The notes under the pieces were generated by a model, which made no database searches, was not told the DNA's origin, and worked only from the letters and a program-made list of their open reading frames with translations. Position numbers and translations under genes: made by a program. A stretch of 64,000 bases of DNA from Chrysomallon squamiferum (lineage: Eukaryota > Animalia > Mollusca), in contig CM022679.1 of assembly GCA_012295275.1 (NCBI GenBank), positions 12,586,001-12,650,000 on the forward strand, written 5' to 3'. Positions 1 to 20,700 of this stretch are shown here, piece by piece; positions within the stretch are counted from its first letter, which is position 1, and every line of letters starts with the position of its first letter.

Positions 1-184
1 TTACTTCGAGTATTCTGTCATTGAACCAGGTTTTCAATATATGTTTGATGGAATAAATATACTACAATGTTATTAATTCCATCCCGAAGGTGTATTGACA
101 TTTTTTGGAGAGACTGCCTTTTACTCAAAATTTTAAATTTACTTCCATTTGCTTGAATTATTATTATTTATATTATTAATATTT

Positions 185-223
<39 letters not shown>

Positions 224-712
224 TTTGTCTAGTATTATTATTTAGTAGTAGTATCATTATTATTACTTTTAGCAATCCTTTCTGAACCAAAAAACAAAAA
301 AATTGTAGCAAAAAAAAAAAACTTCATCCTACAGTATGCTAAATTATTTATCCTTAAACAAGTTATCCATTACCGACTCATTAAGTACCAACAATTACTT
401 CGTTAAAAGTTAACCTCAAAATTACATTTTGTTGACATTTACACAGACTCAGTCTTATTATGATTTTTGCATTAACTATCAGAAGCGATTTTTTTAAATT
501 AATTAAATTATTACATTTTGCTAGATAGCATAAAATATCTCACAGCCCGCTCCTTAAAACATAAAGATGATGATAATGATGACAATAATAATTACAATAA
601 TAAATAAATCAATTAATGTATATATATTAGTAGTAGTAGTAGTATTTTTATTTTTTTTTTATTTTTATTATTTATTATTTATTTTTATTTATTTATTTAT
701 TTATTTAGTTAT

Positions 713-755
<43 letters not shown>

Positions 756-779
756 TTTTTTAATAACAGGACAACATTT

Positions 780-2291
<1,512 letters not shown>

Positions 2292-2399
2292 AATTATCTG
2301 GAATATGAAGTAACCCTTCAAAATAAATATATTTTATGTTCGGTTATTTATAATTATTTATTTCTTTTTTTTTTTTTACTTTTTCTTTTTTTTTTTTTT

Positions 2400-2542
2400 G
2401 ATCTAGCTGCTAAGGCTGCATTGAATTTGCCTCATGTTTCTGAGGATATATGAAAGCGAAAGCGAACAAGTTTCATTCTGTCAAACCAGTTTTACAAGAT
2501 TGTCGGTCCTCAAATAAGTTGTTTTCTGTCGCTCTTGTATTT
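2400..2542. repeat. ~140 bp local repeat (gatctagctgctaaggctgca...ctgtcgctcttgtattt); other copies at ~7981-8119, ~11625-11767 and ~12488-12630, partial at ~3277-3317
   Basis: Direct sequence identity between the copies. Confidence 0.85.
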
Positions 2543-3399
2543 TTTTAATGATTTTTCGGTGTGCATTGTTGTTGTTGCTAGAGGTATTTGACTAGTGTGT
2601 GAAGGATTCTTTTCTTTTTTTTTTTTTTTTTTTCATCTTTCATTACTTTATTTTCATTTAGTCAGACTTCAAATCAATAAAGTTGAATAGAAAATATTTA
2701 TGAAAACAAGGAGAAACTGTCTATACACATTTCAAGGCTACTGCTATAAGGTTTATTAAACATAAACATGGACAATGAGATAGAAACACCGCTATCGTCC
2801 ATAGTGCATAGGGTGACCTTTAGCAGTGAAGTATAATTTATATACACCTTCCCACAAACTAGGAAAAAAAACACAACGGTCTGTTATAAAGCATTTGTAA
2901 TGTTCTTGCTAAATAAAGAAACAAGATCAAGAAAGGCACTAAGAAGGACTGATCCTACAAGTAGTCATACCTCAGGCTGTATTACCTTTCACTACAGTCT
3001 TTTCCAGAAAACAATTTCCAAGAGATTTCTTAATTCAGCATCAATTTTCACAGTTGAAACAGAGGCACAATTATTGATGCCCTGAAAAGAATTCAGCATT
3101 CAGATGCATCCAGACTCGTTTTCGTGTCTCCACACTCTACACAATACTGAGATGAATCATGCCTTACATGGGACGGTGATACGAAACTGTGTCTTTTATC
3201 ATCTAAAAGTGTTTTGTATTTTGTTGGGTGCCCAGTCATGTGTGGCATCAGGGGATGAGCAATGAAAAGGAAGATCAAGATTGTCGGTCCTCAAATAAGT
3301 TGTTTTCTGTCGCTCTTCAGTTCTTTATTATGAAATACGTTTTATGTTTATGTATGCTCTGTTGAAATGTATGTCAAAACGTTCGATTCAGGAAACGCA

Positions 3400-7678
<4,279 letters not shown>

Positions 7679-10042
7679 TGGTATTCCAAAGCGCTTATAT
7701 GTTGAGGCCGCCATACATATGTGACCTATTTTATCTGCCTTTTCAACGCTTTATCTGTTCTCTGTTTCAAGTCCTGTCTGAATAAATACTGTATGAATGG
7801 AAAATACGAAGTTTTATCTTAATATTTATTGCTCGAATGTTACCTTGTATTGCAATGAAAAGGATTTAATCAACTGGGGATGTCTTGGGTTAAAATTTAG
7901 GTTTCTCCGATTTAATCTTCAGACTCAGGGTTAGCTCTGTGTGCATTTCTCATATAAACAGCCTCGACCAAATAAAGGAAGATCTAGCTGCTAAGGCTGC
8001 ACTGAATTTGCCTCATGTTTCTGAGGATATATGAAAGCGAAAGCGAACAAGCTTCATTCTGTCAAACCAGTTTTGCAAGATTGTCAGTCCTCAAGTTTTT
8101 TTCTGTCGCTCTTGTATTTGTAATACAAACATAAAAGTTTCTGCCATATTAAACTCAGAAAAGAGCAGGAAAACCTTGATGGAAAAAGAATGTGGTCTCT
8201 TAACTATTTCCGAACAACAGACATCTTTCAAAACCATATCGTCGGAAAGGGAAATATTTCGTCATTTTAAAATCAGTAGAACTGAAGCTTAAACTACAAT
8301 TGTAGTTACGACTAAACCGTGTGTTTTCCACAATGAAACTCGTAACTTCGATAATATTTTCCACAATGAAAATACACGGTTTACTCGTAACTAGGCACGT
8401 GGCGAAAATATGTTGGTCAAGTGGTCACGCGTCCAGTAATGATACTGTCCGAAAGAGACACTGGTCAGTGAAAGATTTTTGAACTTAGCAGTGACATTGG
8501 CAGATACAAATATTTGTGTAATCGTCCAACTTAGACAGTCCGGCGTTTATGGCTTGATTTACGACTCCACAGGTTGTAAAATAATTGTTTTGTGACAAGC
8601 CACACTTTCAAAAACAACTGACCAATAATAATAACAGTACTAGTAGTAGCAGTAGTAGTAGTAGCAGTAGTAGTAGTAGTAGTAATAATAACAATACTAG
8701 TTGTAGTAGGAATAGTAGTAGTATGTACAGTAAGTATAATTAATATGGCCAATAATTTTTATCTACTAACACAGATTGACTGATTTCCCGTTCCACCATG
8801 ATGCTGCGAGATCGGTATTTCAATTAGCATAGCGAAGTATGTTTTAATTAACGAAATTTTGTTGACTGTTCATTTTCCGTCCTAAGTAATTACTGTTTCA
8901 AAACTGTGATATTCTGCTTCTCTTTCTTTCTTTCATTCTTTTTTTCTTCTTCTTCTTTTGTTTTTCCTTTCTTTTTTCAAAAGTTTTATTTTAAAGGTAA
9001 AAGTTAGCATATTCTGATAAATGACAACTCAGACTGCTAACTATTTTAATTTATACATATTTATTACTTACTTCGAGTATTCTGTCATTGAACCAAGTTT
9101 TCAATATATGTTTGATGGAATAAATATACTTCAATGTTATTAATTCCATCCCGAAGGTGTATTGACATTTTTTGGAGAGACTGCCTTTTATTCAAAATTT
9201 TAAATTTACTTCCATTTGCTTGAATTATTATTATTTATATTATTAATATTTGTATTTATTTACTTATTTATTTATTTATTTATTTGTCTATTATTATTAT
9301 TTAGTAGTAGTAGTAGTAGTAGTAGTAGTAGATGTAGTAGTAGTAGTAGTAGTAGTAGTATATCATTATTATTACTTTTAGCAATACTTTCTTGTTCATT
9401 TATTGTGCTGAGGTGCAGTTAAATATAATTGTATTTATATATTACTAATAATATCAATTTAGAACCAAAAAATAGAAACCAAAAAATAAAAAATTACAGC
9501 AACAAAGGAATCTTCATCCTACATTATGCTAAATTAGTTATCCTTAAACAAGTTATCCATTACCGACTCATTAAGTACCAACAGTTACTTCGTTAAAAGT
9601 TAACGTCAAAATTACATTTTGTTGACATTTACGAAGACTCAGTCTTATTATGACTTTTGCATTAACTATCAGAACCTTTTTTTAAATTAATTTAATTATC
9701 ACATTTTGCTAGATAACAAAATAGCTCACTCCCCGCTCCTTAAAACATAATGATGATGATAATGATGACAATAATAATTATAATAATAAATAATTATTAT
9801 TAGTAGTAGTAGTAGTAGTTGTAGTATTTTTATTTTTATTTTATTTTTATTTTTTATTTTTTTTATTTATTTATGATGATAATGATGACAATAATAATTA
9901 TAATAAATAAATAAATTAAGAAAATATCTCTTACTGATATATATATTAGGAGTAGCAGTAGTAATAGTATTTTTATTTTTATTTTATTTTTATTTATTTA
10001 TTTAGTTAGTTAGTTAGTTATTTTAATAACAGGACAACATTT

Positions 10043-10444
10043 CTACAGTTTCCATTTCGATATTTTAAATTTCAGATGCTGAAGATTTCCAGACAGTTTA
10101 TCTATCTCATTATTCAAAATCTTTATCTTCCTTTCATTGTAAAAGAAATGTTTGTCCATGTGTAACGGACGTCGATGAAATTTCCCTTCTTGATCTTGAA
10201 GCGCGCATGAAATCTTCATTTCTAAAGTATTGTTCACGTTCAAGAAATCTGCAAGGCGCACAAGCTGACTGGTCAAGTCTGTTATGAGATGATCGTAAAG
10301 GATAATTAAGACATTACCATTGAATTCAAGCCAGGACTTAATAAACGTCCTCCAGAGTAAAACTCGTCCTTGAAAGTAATTGTCCCAGTCTGTGAATGAG
10401 AATAAGTATTATGTATAAATAATACAAGCAAAACAAGTATCTGA

Positions 10445-10526
<82 letters not shown>

Positions 10527-11534
10527 CACATACACACATATATACGTACATACATACATGCATTCATAGGTGCATGCAGGACAAAAACACACACACACAT
10601 TGAATATACATTTCTATAGTTACATTTTCTGAATTCATCCAGCTGCACTCGTTTCGTGTGATTTTTAGAAATATATCGGTTGAAATCCGCCAACAAACAG
10701 TCAAAAGGATTCCTCAGAACCAGAACAGCCTTTGTACAATCCATCTTGTTCTCGTGACTTTTTATAGCAATGTAGTTACAGTTCCTTTTGCCTTCTCCTA
10801 AGAAACCAGCGTTTCGAAGCTGACCGTCGAAATATACAGATCCTGTTGTGATACCTGTATGAGACACCTGAATGTGAAATCTGCCATCACCAGATATTGA
10901 GAAATGAAGAAGGTAATGAAGCGATTCTGACTTAGAGATATACTAACAGAGTCATGTGTAACACACACACAGACGCAAAGGCACAGGTACACACGCACAC
11001 ACACATGCACACACATACACTTAAACACACACAGACACATACATATATCGATAGGTAAACACACGAACACACGTAGTAATTATTGTAGAAATACTAGTTT
11101 CAGAAGTAATTGTATTTATTGTAGATGTACTAGTTACACAAGTAATAACAGTTATTGCTGACGTACTAATTATTGCAGTTATAGTAGTGGTAGCAGTTGT
11201 TCTTGTTGTCGGTTGTTGTAGTATTTTTAGCTGAAATGGAAATAGTGGTGATGTGACATAGCTGGAGCAGCAGCATTGCTACGTACGTACCTGTCATCTT
11301 TTCAATTAGATGTCTCAACCATGTGTTCCCCGAACCTGGAAAACTTGCAAGAGCGGTTATAGGGAGGCAGTGATTGGATGGAGTAACTTTCTCAAAACAC
11401 GTCACTTGCTCTCTGATTAGAAGAAAACAGCCGAAGTAGAACACGAGCAGCAGAATGAGAAAGACCAAGGTACTTCTTAACGACAGACAGCGTCCGAGTC
11501 CACAAGGAATGTACCCACTCATGATATATGGCAT
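10043..11534 (-). CDS. WSCD-family (WSCD1/2-like) type II membrane sulfotransferase lacking a WSC domain, ~273 aa; exons 11291-11534, 10624-10854, 10043-10389
   Basis: N-terminal TM segment (STLVFLILLLVFYFGCFLLI). 5'-PSB motif TALASFPGSGNTWLRHLIE, then GITTGSVYFD..L...GFLGE, IKSHE, VLRNPFDCLLADFNR, ILYDHL and C....EGKFHR, all typical of the WSCD sulfotransferase domain. GT-AG introns keep the frame (822 nt). Confidence 0.82.
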
Positions 11535-13086
11535 AATTATCTGGAATATGAAGTAACCCTTCAAAATAAATATATTTTATATTCGGTTAGTTATAATTAT
11601 TTATTTCTTACTTTCTTTTTTATTGATCTAGCTGCTAAGGCTGCATTGAATTTGCCTCATGTTTCTGATGATATATGAAAGCAAAATCGAACAAGCTTCC
11701 TTCTGTCAAACCAGTTTTGCAAGATTGTCAGTCCTCAAATAAGTTGTTTTCTGTCGCTCTTGTATTTTTTTAATTATTTTTAGGTGTGCATTGTTGTTGT
11801 TGCTAGAGGTATTTGACTAGTGCTTGAAGGATTATTTTCTCTTTTTTTTCATCTTTCATTACTTTATTTTCATTTAGTCAGACTTCAAATCAATAAAACT
11901 GAATAGAAAATATTTATGAAAACAAGGAAAAACTGTCTATACCTATTTCAAGGCTACTGCTATAAGCTTTATTAAACATACACATAGACAATGAGATAGA
12001 AACACTGCTATCGTCCATAGTGCATAGGGTGCCCTTTAGCAGTGAAGTATAATTTATATACACCTTCCCACAAACAAAGAAAAAAACACAACGGTCTGTT
12101 ATAAAGCATTTGTAATGTTCTTGCTAAATAAAGAAACAAGATCAAGAAAGGCACTAAGAAGGACTGATCCTACAAGTGGTCATACCTCAGGCTGTATTAC
12201 CTTTCACTACAGTCTTTTCCAGAAAACAATTTCCAAGAGATTTCTTAATTCAGCATCAGTTTTCACAGTTGAAACAGAGGCACAATTATTGATGCCCTGA
12301 AAAGAATTCAGCATTCAGATGCATTCAGACTCGTTTTCATGTCTCCACACTCTACACAATACTGAGATGAATCATGCCTTACATGGGACGGTGATACGAA
12401 ACTGTGTCTTTTATCATCTAAAAAGCTTTTGTAATTTGTTGGGTCCCCAGTCATGTGTGGCATCAGAGGAGGGGCAGTGAAAAGGAAGATCTAGCTGCTA
12501 AGGCTGCATTGAGTTTGCCTCATGTTTCTGAGGATATATGAAAGCGAAAGCGAACAAGCTTCCTTCTGTCAAACCAGTTTTGCAAGATTTTGAGTCCTGA
12601 AATAAGTTGTTTTCTGTCGCTCTTGTATTTGTAATACTTACTTGACACATCTTATTTATTGGCAATGCGTTATATTAAACTCAGTGTACTTCGTAATTTT
12701 TTCGTCAACGTTTTCTAATCGTCACGACTCTCTAGTCATAGAAACAAAAATGTAAAAATCCTGAAAGCCTGAATATAACTGTTGCAGTAATCTGCGTTTA
12801 TTTATTTTATTTATTTTATTTATATTGTTTATTTATTTTGTTTTATTTTATGTAATTTCATTTCATTTCATTGTTTTTTATTATTTATTTATTTATTTAC
12901 TTACTTACTTATTTATTTATTTATTTATTTATGGAAACACGATATAGGAGGAAAATAGTACTATTACCGTCAACTTTAATATTATTAATACTACTATCAT
13001 ACGTCATTATTAACAATTTTTCATTATTCTACGTACTGAAATAAGTATTTAGACCAAAATAATAATCTAAAATAGTTTGTACTGAT

Positions 13087-13186
<100 letters not shown>

Positions 13187-15599
13187 TTCTTTATTATGAA
13201 ATACATTTTATGTTTATGTTCTGTTGAAATGTACGTCAAAACGTTCGATTCAGTAATTAGGCCCGCCATTCCTTTTTTAATACATAATTCTATTTTATAA
13301 AATAATAATGATAATAATAATAATAATAATAATAATAATTAATTAATTAATTTATAATACAGTGACGCCACTACTTACATTGTTCCGAGCCATCGTTTCC
13401 GAGTCCAGTGTATGTGTATGTGCTGTGTTCTATAATAGATTAAGTAAGTACAAACATCGAACAAGCTAGTAAAGAAAACTTGAATAACATTTTAAAAATA
13501 TTTTACCTAGGAAGTCACACAGCTGTTGCACGCTGTATGGGGTAATTGAATGTTGAAGGAGATGTTACTTTGCAGGCTGTTCCTCATCACTTCGGAGTAT
13601 TTAAAAATTTAATAAATTAATAAATAAATTTTAAAAACATAATAATAATAATAATAATACAAAAAAAATCATAATTTAAAAATTACAAAATTAACACAAG
13701 CTTTCAGCTTACTCTTCAACAGCGGTAAATTAAAAGGACTTCAGATTCAGATCTTCCGAAACGCAGGAGAATGAACCAATCAGTCCCTCTCTGGTTTAAA
13801 TCCCGACGTGGTCTTTTCGTCCTTGCGCTGCATATTCACCATGTTTCTTTTGCAAATCAGAGAAAAGGCTTCTGGCTTTCTGCTGAGTCAACGTTAGGCT
13901 CAGCTGACCCGAAATATTTTTGCAGATGCTCGAACCAATAGCTTAAGAGTTTTTCAAACAGCTGTTCCACAGATTATGGTTGACTTCACTGGCACTGAAT
14001 TTTTCACATATTCCACAATTTCGTCCTCGTTTTTGAGATTCGTGGAACAAAAGAATAGGCAATGTTCATCATTTTTTTACTCCGTTCTGATGTCATGGGT
14101 TTCTCAGTACTACCATCTGCATCACCAATTCTTTTGAGCATACCACTAGACAAAACACCACACGAATAATAATAATAATAACTGGTATTCCAAAGCGCTT
14201 ATATACTGAGGCCGCCATACACATGTGGCCTATTTTATCTGCCTTTTCAACGCTTTATCTGTTCTCTGTTTCAAGTCCTGACTGAATAAATAATGTATGA
14301 ATGGAAAATACGAAGTTTTATCTTAATATTTATTGCTTGAATGTTACCTTGTATTGCAATAAAAAGGATTTAATCTCTGCTGGGGATGTTTTGGGTTAAC
14401 GCCCATTTAGTCCTGTTTCTCCTAATTTGTTTCGCCAACGTCTTTCATGCTGTTTAGACTCAGGGTTAGCTCTGTGTGCATTTCTCATATAAACAGCCTC
14501 GACCAAATAAAAGTTAGATTTCCTTAGCCTCAGTTGTATAGCAAACATAAAAGTTTCTGCCACCCGAAAGAGCAGGAAAACCTTGATGGAAAAAGAATGT
14601 GGTCTCTTAACTATTTCCGAACAACAGACATCTTTCAAAACCATGTCGTCGGAAAGGGAAATATTTCGTCATTTTAAAATCAGTAGAACTGAAGCTTAAA
14701 CTACAATTGTAATTACGAGTAAACCGTGTGTTTTCCACAATGAAACTCGTAACTTCAATAATATTTTCCACAATGAAAATACACGGTTTACTCATAACTA
14801 GAGTTGTAAAATCTTTTATCCTGATTTCAGTGATAAAAACATTCAAAGTTGTCAGTCAAATAGTTCTGAAGATATGAATTATTTAATTTTGAGCACGAGT
14901 GCTATTGTGAAGAAATTTCGACGTTTAAGGCCTTTCCATAATGGAGATTGTTTCTGACAAAGTTTATTTCATAACATGTCAAACTATGTTTTGCAAATAT
15001 TCATCCATATTTTTTTTTTTTTTTGTTATAACTCTGCATAGTATATTTAGCTTGATATCTGAAACCAAAGATGTTTGTCATTCAGTGAAAATCACTTTTG
15101 ATGATAATAATAATAATAATAATAATAATTCACCTGTTCTAGTCAAAAGTGACAACAAATACAATAACGAAAATAAAATGATTAATTCAGCAAACCAAAA
15201 CGCCACAAAATTAAATCTACAGTAACAAAAGTAATGTATTTTCAAGTAATCTTATTCGATCCCTGCATACTTACCTGTTTTTTTTACCGTTTAATATTTG
15301 TTCTTTATTGGTTTTTCAGTAAACTATTTTATTATCACATCTGTATTTTTCGTTCCATGCTGAGATACCATTTGACTTTGTTAAGCTGCTCTGGCTTTCA
15401 TTTGTATGTAAATATTAAGTTCTGCAAGCTGTTGTTCTTTCGCAATAGGTAACCCCGTTATTCTGTACCATGAAATAAAACAAATTAAGAAATTCCGTAG
15501 CGTTTAGCGAATGGTTGTCGAGTTATTTTTTAATTATTATTAATTCAATCAAATAATCGAAATAAGCTACATCGTGTGGATCGCGAGAGGCCTTCTTAT

Positions 15600-15790
15600 A
15601 AATTTTTACCAAAGAGGATGGTCCATATTTTACTGAACGTGCTCATAAAAAAAAAAAAATTAATTATATATATATAATATATATATAGTGATGTGTCTTA
15701 ACAGTATCTGCAAATTTCAGTGTTTTGCAGTCTGAGCAAATATTTGTAAATTTACAAAAGCAACATCACTGAAATAAGTTACTCCAAAGC
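15600..15790 (+). repeat. Dispersed repeat fragment; inverted copy at ~39100-39240
   Basis: aacagtat...gtctgagcaaatatttgtaaat..aaaagca.catcactgaaa at 15698-15775 matches the reverse complement of tttcagtgatgtgcttttagtatttacaaatatttgctcagact...atactgtt at ~39106-39176. Confidence 0.7.
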
Positions 15791-16746
15791 GTATTTACTT
15801 GCAACACAGTTTTGACCTATTTCTGCGCACCTTTTATTTTTAACGCACGACCTTTTCGGTTTCAGATCCTAATATCGGAATCTCAGTAACAGCTGAATTA
15901 ATGGAAAATTTAGTCGTATCTTTCTCTTTATTCCACGAATTTTACCTACGGCTCTTAAAAAAAAAAAAAAAAAAAAATTAAAAAAAAGAGAGTAATTTAA
16001 TCTCAATAAGAAATGTGATGGGTAGGCTCCACTCGTTATGGATCTACGGTCGTTCATCGCGAAAATAAAAAATGCTTTTCAGCTATATTATTTATTTGTA
16101 CCGCCACTGGTATACTTTAAAATTGCAGCTGTAGAATTAATTTGTGAAAATACATGTCTGCCATTTCCAAATTGTTTACATTTCCAGCATTTAAACATAC
16201 ATACGTCCACACACAATCTCACAATTTAGACCAATATTTTAAATTTTTGTTTTTTGTTTTTTTTTTATATTTATATAGATTCCATTTTTAAACAAATATT
16301 TTAAATACTGTTTAAAAAGAAAAGAGTTAAAAAAATAAACCACCTCAACACATTTTTATTCACAAATATTTTCTATTTCTCATTGAAAAAGCACATATAA
16401 CAACACATTAAAGAAGCAGGCCTTCAGACAAATGCCAATCTGTTCAAAAATGATCTTGTTCATTACACTACTAACTCTATTCATCTTCTGCACAAAATAT
16501 TTTCAATTTAACCAACAAAGATAACATACGGTTATAATAAAAAAAAAATTAAAAAAAAATAAAAACACACACAGACACACAAAAACATTACCTGTTAAAA
16601 AGAATTAAAATGTATAATCTTTTGTGAATGAATTTTATTTATTTATTTTACGTTCACACACTGGACAAAGTGTGTGTTTCAGCACTTGATTACAAACTTG
16701 AGAACTAAAGTTCTATCTGAAGTCAAACATTAAATTTTCTCTATTC

Positions 16747-17591
16747 TCAAGATCTCATGTTTGAGTCTGGATGTTGTCTCTCCCAAATCAGTCGGTGTTT
16801 TTGTTTCATGTAGGCAGTTATAACATTATTATTGGCCCCAATGTCACCATCTAAAAAACCAGATGATACAAGATTACATATATATATATATATATATATA
16901 CAGATACAGATACAAGATAAACTAGTTATTATTGTTACATATAAGTATGGGATAAAGCAGTTAGAGGTATAGTTATTATTATTAGTTGTAGTGGTAATAC
17001 AAGATAAACCAGTTATTTTATATAATGGGGTGATAACTATTGTTATGTATATAAAACTGAGATAAAAACACACATCAAAGTAGGAAATGTAGATGCAACC
17101 AAGAGAGCTAAAAGATTAATTTTAACATCAGTAATCATAATGTTCACAAGTAAAATGTAAATATTACAAATAATGCTAAACATAAATGAATAAATTCTAC
17201 TTTATATGTCAGTTCTTTCAGCAAGCATAAATTTACATCAACAAATGGCCTGTTTTCATTTACATAAGAGATCTTTAAACATATTAATTTCCTATTATCC
17301 AAATATATATGTATCATGCCCTGTTAAACATGTTTATTGACAAGGATGGGGTGTAACTCATTGAGAACATAGAGCATTCACTTGTTGCCCAGTCATGTTG
17401 AGATACAATGTTCCACCAGCAGGAAGTGATTTTAATTTCCTGTTATCCAAATATACATGTATCATGCCCTGTTAAACATATAGTGTTGAGATACAATGTT
17501 CCATCAGCAGGAGGGCCAGATTAAGATCTTTCTGAAGCCCTAAGGCTAAGCACTTAAAAGATTTTGGTACCTCCATATATTATCCCAGGAT

Positions 17592-17638
<47 letters not shown>

Positions 17639-17648
17639 TGTTTGTGTG

Positions 17649-17714
<66 letters not shown>

Positions 17715-20700
17715 TTCTTTTCCTTTTGGGTGGCCCCATTGGTGTACCATGGTTAAGCTGCACCATTTACCATTTTGCACTGCATGGTCCATGGTAAAAC
17801 TGACAATGGAAAATGTCAGTAGTGTCCCCTTCTCCTGATGCCCTAAGCAAGATTAACATCTGTTTCTCCAACAATTAACACATTAGCATTTTAAAGGTTA
17901 AGGAAAGTTAAAATATTCTTACATTTGATAAACCAGTTGGTGGCTGCCTTTTCGTAGTCTTCACAAATTTTCTTGCATTTCTGTTTAGCATCAGGACCTT
18001 CCCAAAACTTGCACTCATTTTTCCTGTTTCTTAAAATCTTGACAATCTGGCTGTCTACCTGTCTAAATTTAAAAAAAAAAAAAAAATTAATAAATAAATA
18101 AATTATATAAGCTTTTATAATTTATTCTAATATTGATTAGAAAATAACCTTATACATCTGCTTGAATAGCATTTGCAATTTCATTATTGGTGTAGGTTGT
18201 CAAGGGCTATAATTACAAGCATTTCAACAACAGCACCTGCAGCAATAATAAACATAATTAAAGAAAAACAGTATTATAAATGTTCATTAAGTATTCTGCC
18301 TGTGGCCTGTTATTACCAACTGACAACTGTTTTACCTGCCAGCTATTTATAAATTATATTCATAACAATTTTAACACTGTGAAATATGCACAGCAGTTCA
18401 GACATTTCTATAAAGTTTTCATTTAAGCGATTCATTTATTTGTGCTTGTATTAAACTATTCTTCATAGATGTAATGACAGTGTCATTATACGTCATATAA
18501 AATAAACTTCAAGTCATTTACTTGTCTCTCTTGTACTGCATGTCAGCTTCGTAGATGCAGACAGCATCATTGTAATCACATTCATCAACTGTCGGCACTC
18601 TTCGAAAATGACGATGGTAATAAGGATACTTGTTCTTACTTTGAATAGGCTCAACAACCTTTTCTGAAAATAATTATAAAATAATAAAATGCTTACATGA
18701 AAAGTCAGTTATAAAAATACATGTTTTTATTTTGCACTAGCACTTGTACACAAGTATCATGGCAAAATATTCAATAAAACCTTTTCTTTTTACATCACCA
18801 ACAAGTTTTTGTGTGTTTTTTCCCTGATATGAGCATTTATATATATATAATTTTTTTGATTTTTATGAAACTTGGTATACTTCTTGACTGGGATCCCACA
18901 CCAATCAGACCAGTTGTTTGGGAGATGTGGCCCCCCGAATTTTGAAAAATTCAGCCAAAATGGGTGTGACCACCAACCTTTGAACCCTTATATCTCACGA
19001 ATTACTGGGTCAATCTTCATGAAATTGGTAATATTGTTGAAAAGGCAATATGACAAGGTTTCCAAATCTGTCATTATTGTTCAGTTTAGAGAATGCTGGG
19101 TTACATTGACCTTGAAATTGACTTTGTGGATCACATGACCTTCAGACAACCTTTATTGAAATTTAATCTCCCATATGTTAACTAAAATATATAAAAGTTT
19201 CAGTGTCAAGCTCAGCCTGCAGAGTGACCCACCAGAACTAGTATCTGTCCAGGATTCTGAGGATGATATAACAGAGTTACCAGAGGAGCCAAGAAGCAAA
19301 ACTATTTTGTTGTCTGTATGACAATGTGGCATGGGTTGGGCTAGTTGAGGACATTTCAGAAGAGCATGGAGGCTTCTTCTATTTGTTTCATGCACCCTCG
19401 CAGACTTTCTAAGTTATTTCACTGGTCAAACGAAGAAGACACTTGTTGGTTTAGTGAAGGGGACATCTTCTGTGTCATTGATACACCTTCTATTGCATCT
19501 TCTTGACAGGTGTACTCTCTGCATAAAAAGGATGGTGCTAGAATTGCAAGACTATGAAGGAAGTGAGTGACTGAATGATTCTGTGACTGCTGAACTGGTG
19601 AGAAGGCACAGAAGGAAGTAGTTTGATATCATATGATCATAGCAAGTAGGCCTACAATGTATTACTTGGTGATCAAGAGAGATGGTGATTCCTAGCATCA
19701 GGAATTGGTCATTCAGGATTTACCTAATCAGATGTTAATTGCAGATACGGTGTTATTTTCATGGTCATGCAATTTTTGAATGTATATTGCTGCTAAACAA
19801 AGAATAGTACACCTCTGAAACTTTTATTATGTGTTTTAGTTAACATGTGGGAGTTTAAATTTCAAGAAAAGTCATCTCAAGGTCACATGATCCACAAGGT
19901 CAAAAGGTCAGTATACCCCAACCTTCTTCAACCATGGCAGATTTGGAATCCTTGTCATACTGCCTCTTCAACAATACCAATTTTATGAAGATTGGACAAG
20001 TAGCTCCAGAGATATGAGGGTTCAAAGATTGATGGTCACACCCTTTCGGCTGAAAATCGCAAATCTCCCAAATCACTGGTCCAACTGACCTAAAATTTCA
20101 GATGTGCTGCTGTGGGACCCCTGTCAGCAAGTATACCAAGTTTCATAAATCTGAGACAGTCGGGTTTAAAATTTGTTTTTGGGGTCGGTGATTTGCCACA
20201 GAATGACCCTATATGAAAAAAAATAAGAAAACTAGCCTGGCTTATTTTGCCTTGTTACACTGACCAATTTTAATGTATTCACATTCAAAATTTATTCCTT
20301 ATTTGCAATGCCTTTTTTTTTTTTTTTTTTTACTTTTGACTCAGTTTTGTTTATTGCTCAATTTTTTTTTCAAACTATGTCATATTAATTGTTTTTACAA
20401 AAAAAGATAATTTACTTATTGGCTTAATGTTGTTTAAATCAAACCAACTTATTCCTACAGGTTTTTTTCTTTTTTATAATTACTTAAAGCTGAATTAGAA
20501 GATATTACATCAGTCCTTGAGGAAGACAAATGTGTATATGTGTGTGCTGCCATTCTTACCAATAGGCAGGTTCCAAGTAATGTCACAAAAACATAGTTGG
20601 CCATTTTTGGGACCACCAAATCCTTTGCTGCTAATCAATCACAGTGTGGCATGCCATACAAAAGAAGAAATTGTGCAATGCCAAAGAAAAAAGAACACTA

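Noticed and set aside
8395-8840. Plus-strand promoter/exons (CACGTGGC, possible donors at ~8572 and ~8836)
   Set aside because: No supporting ORF or downstream exon chain.
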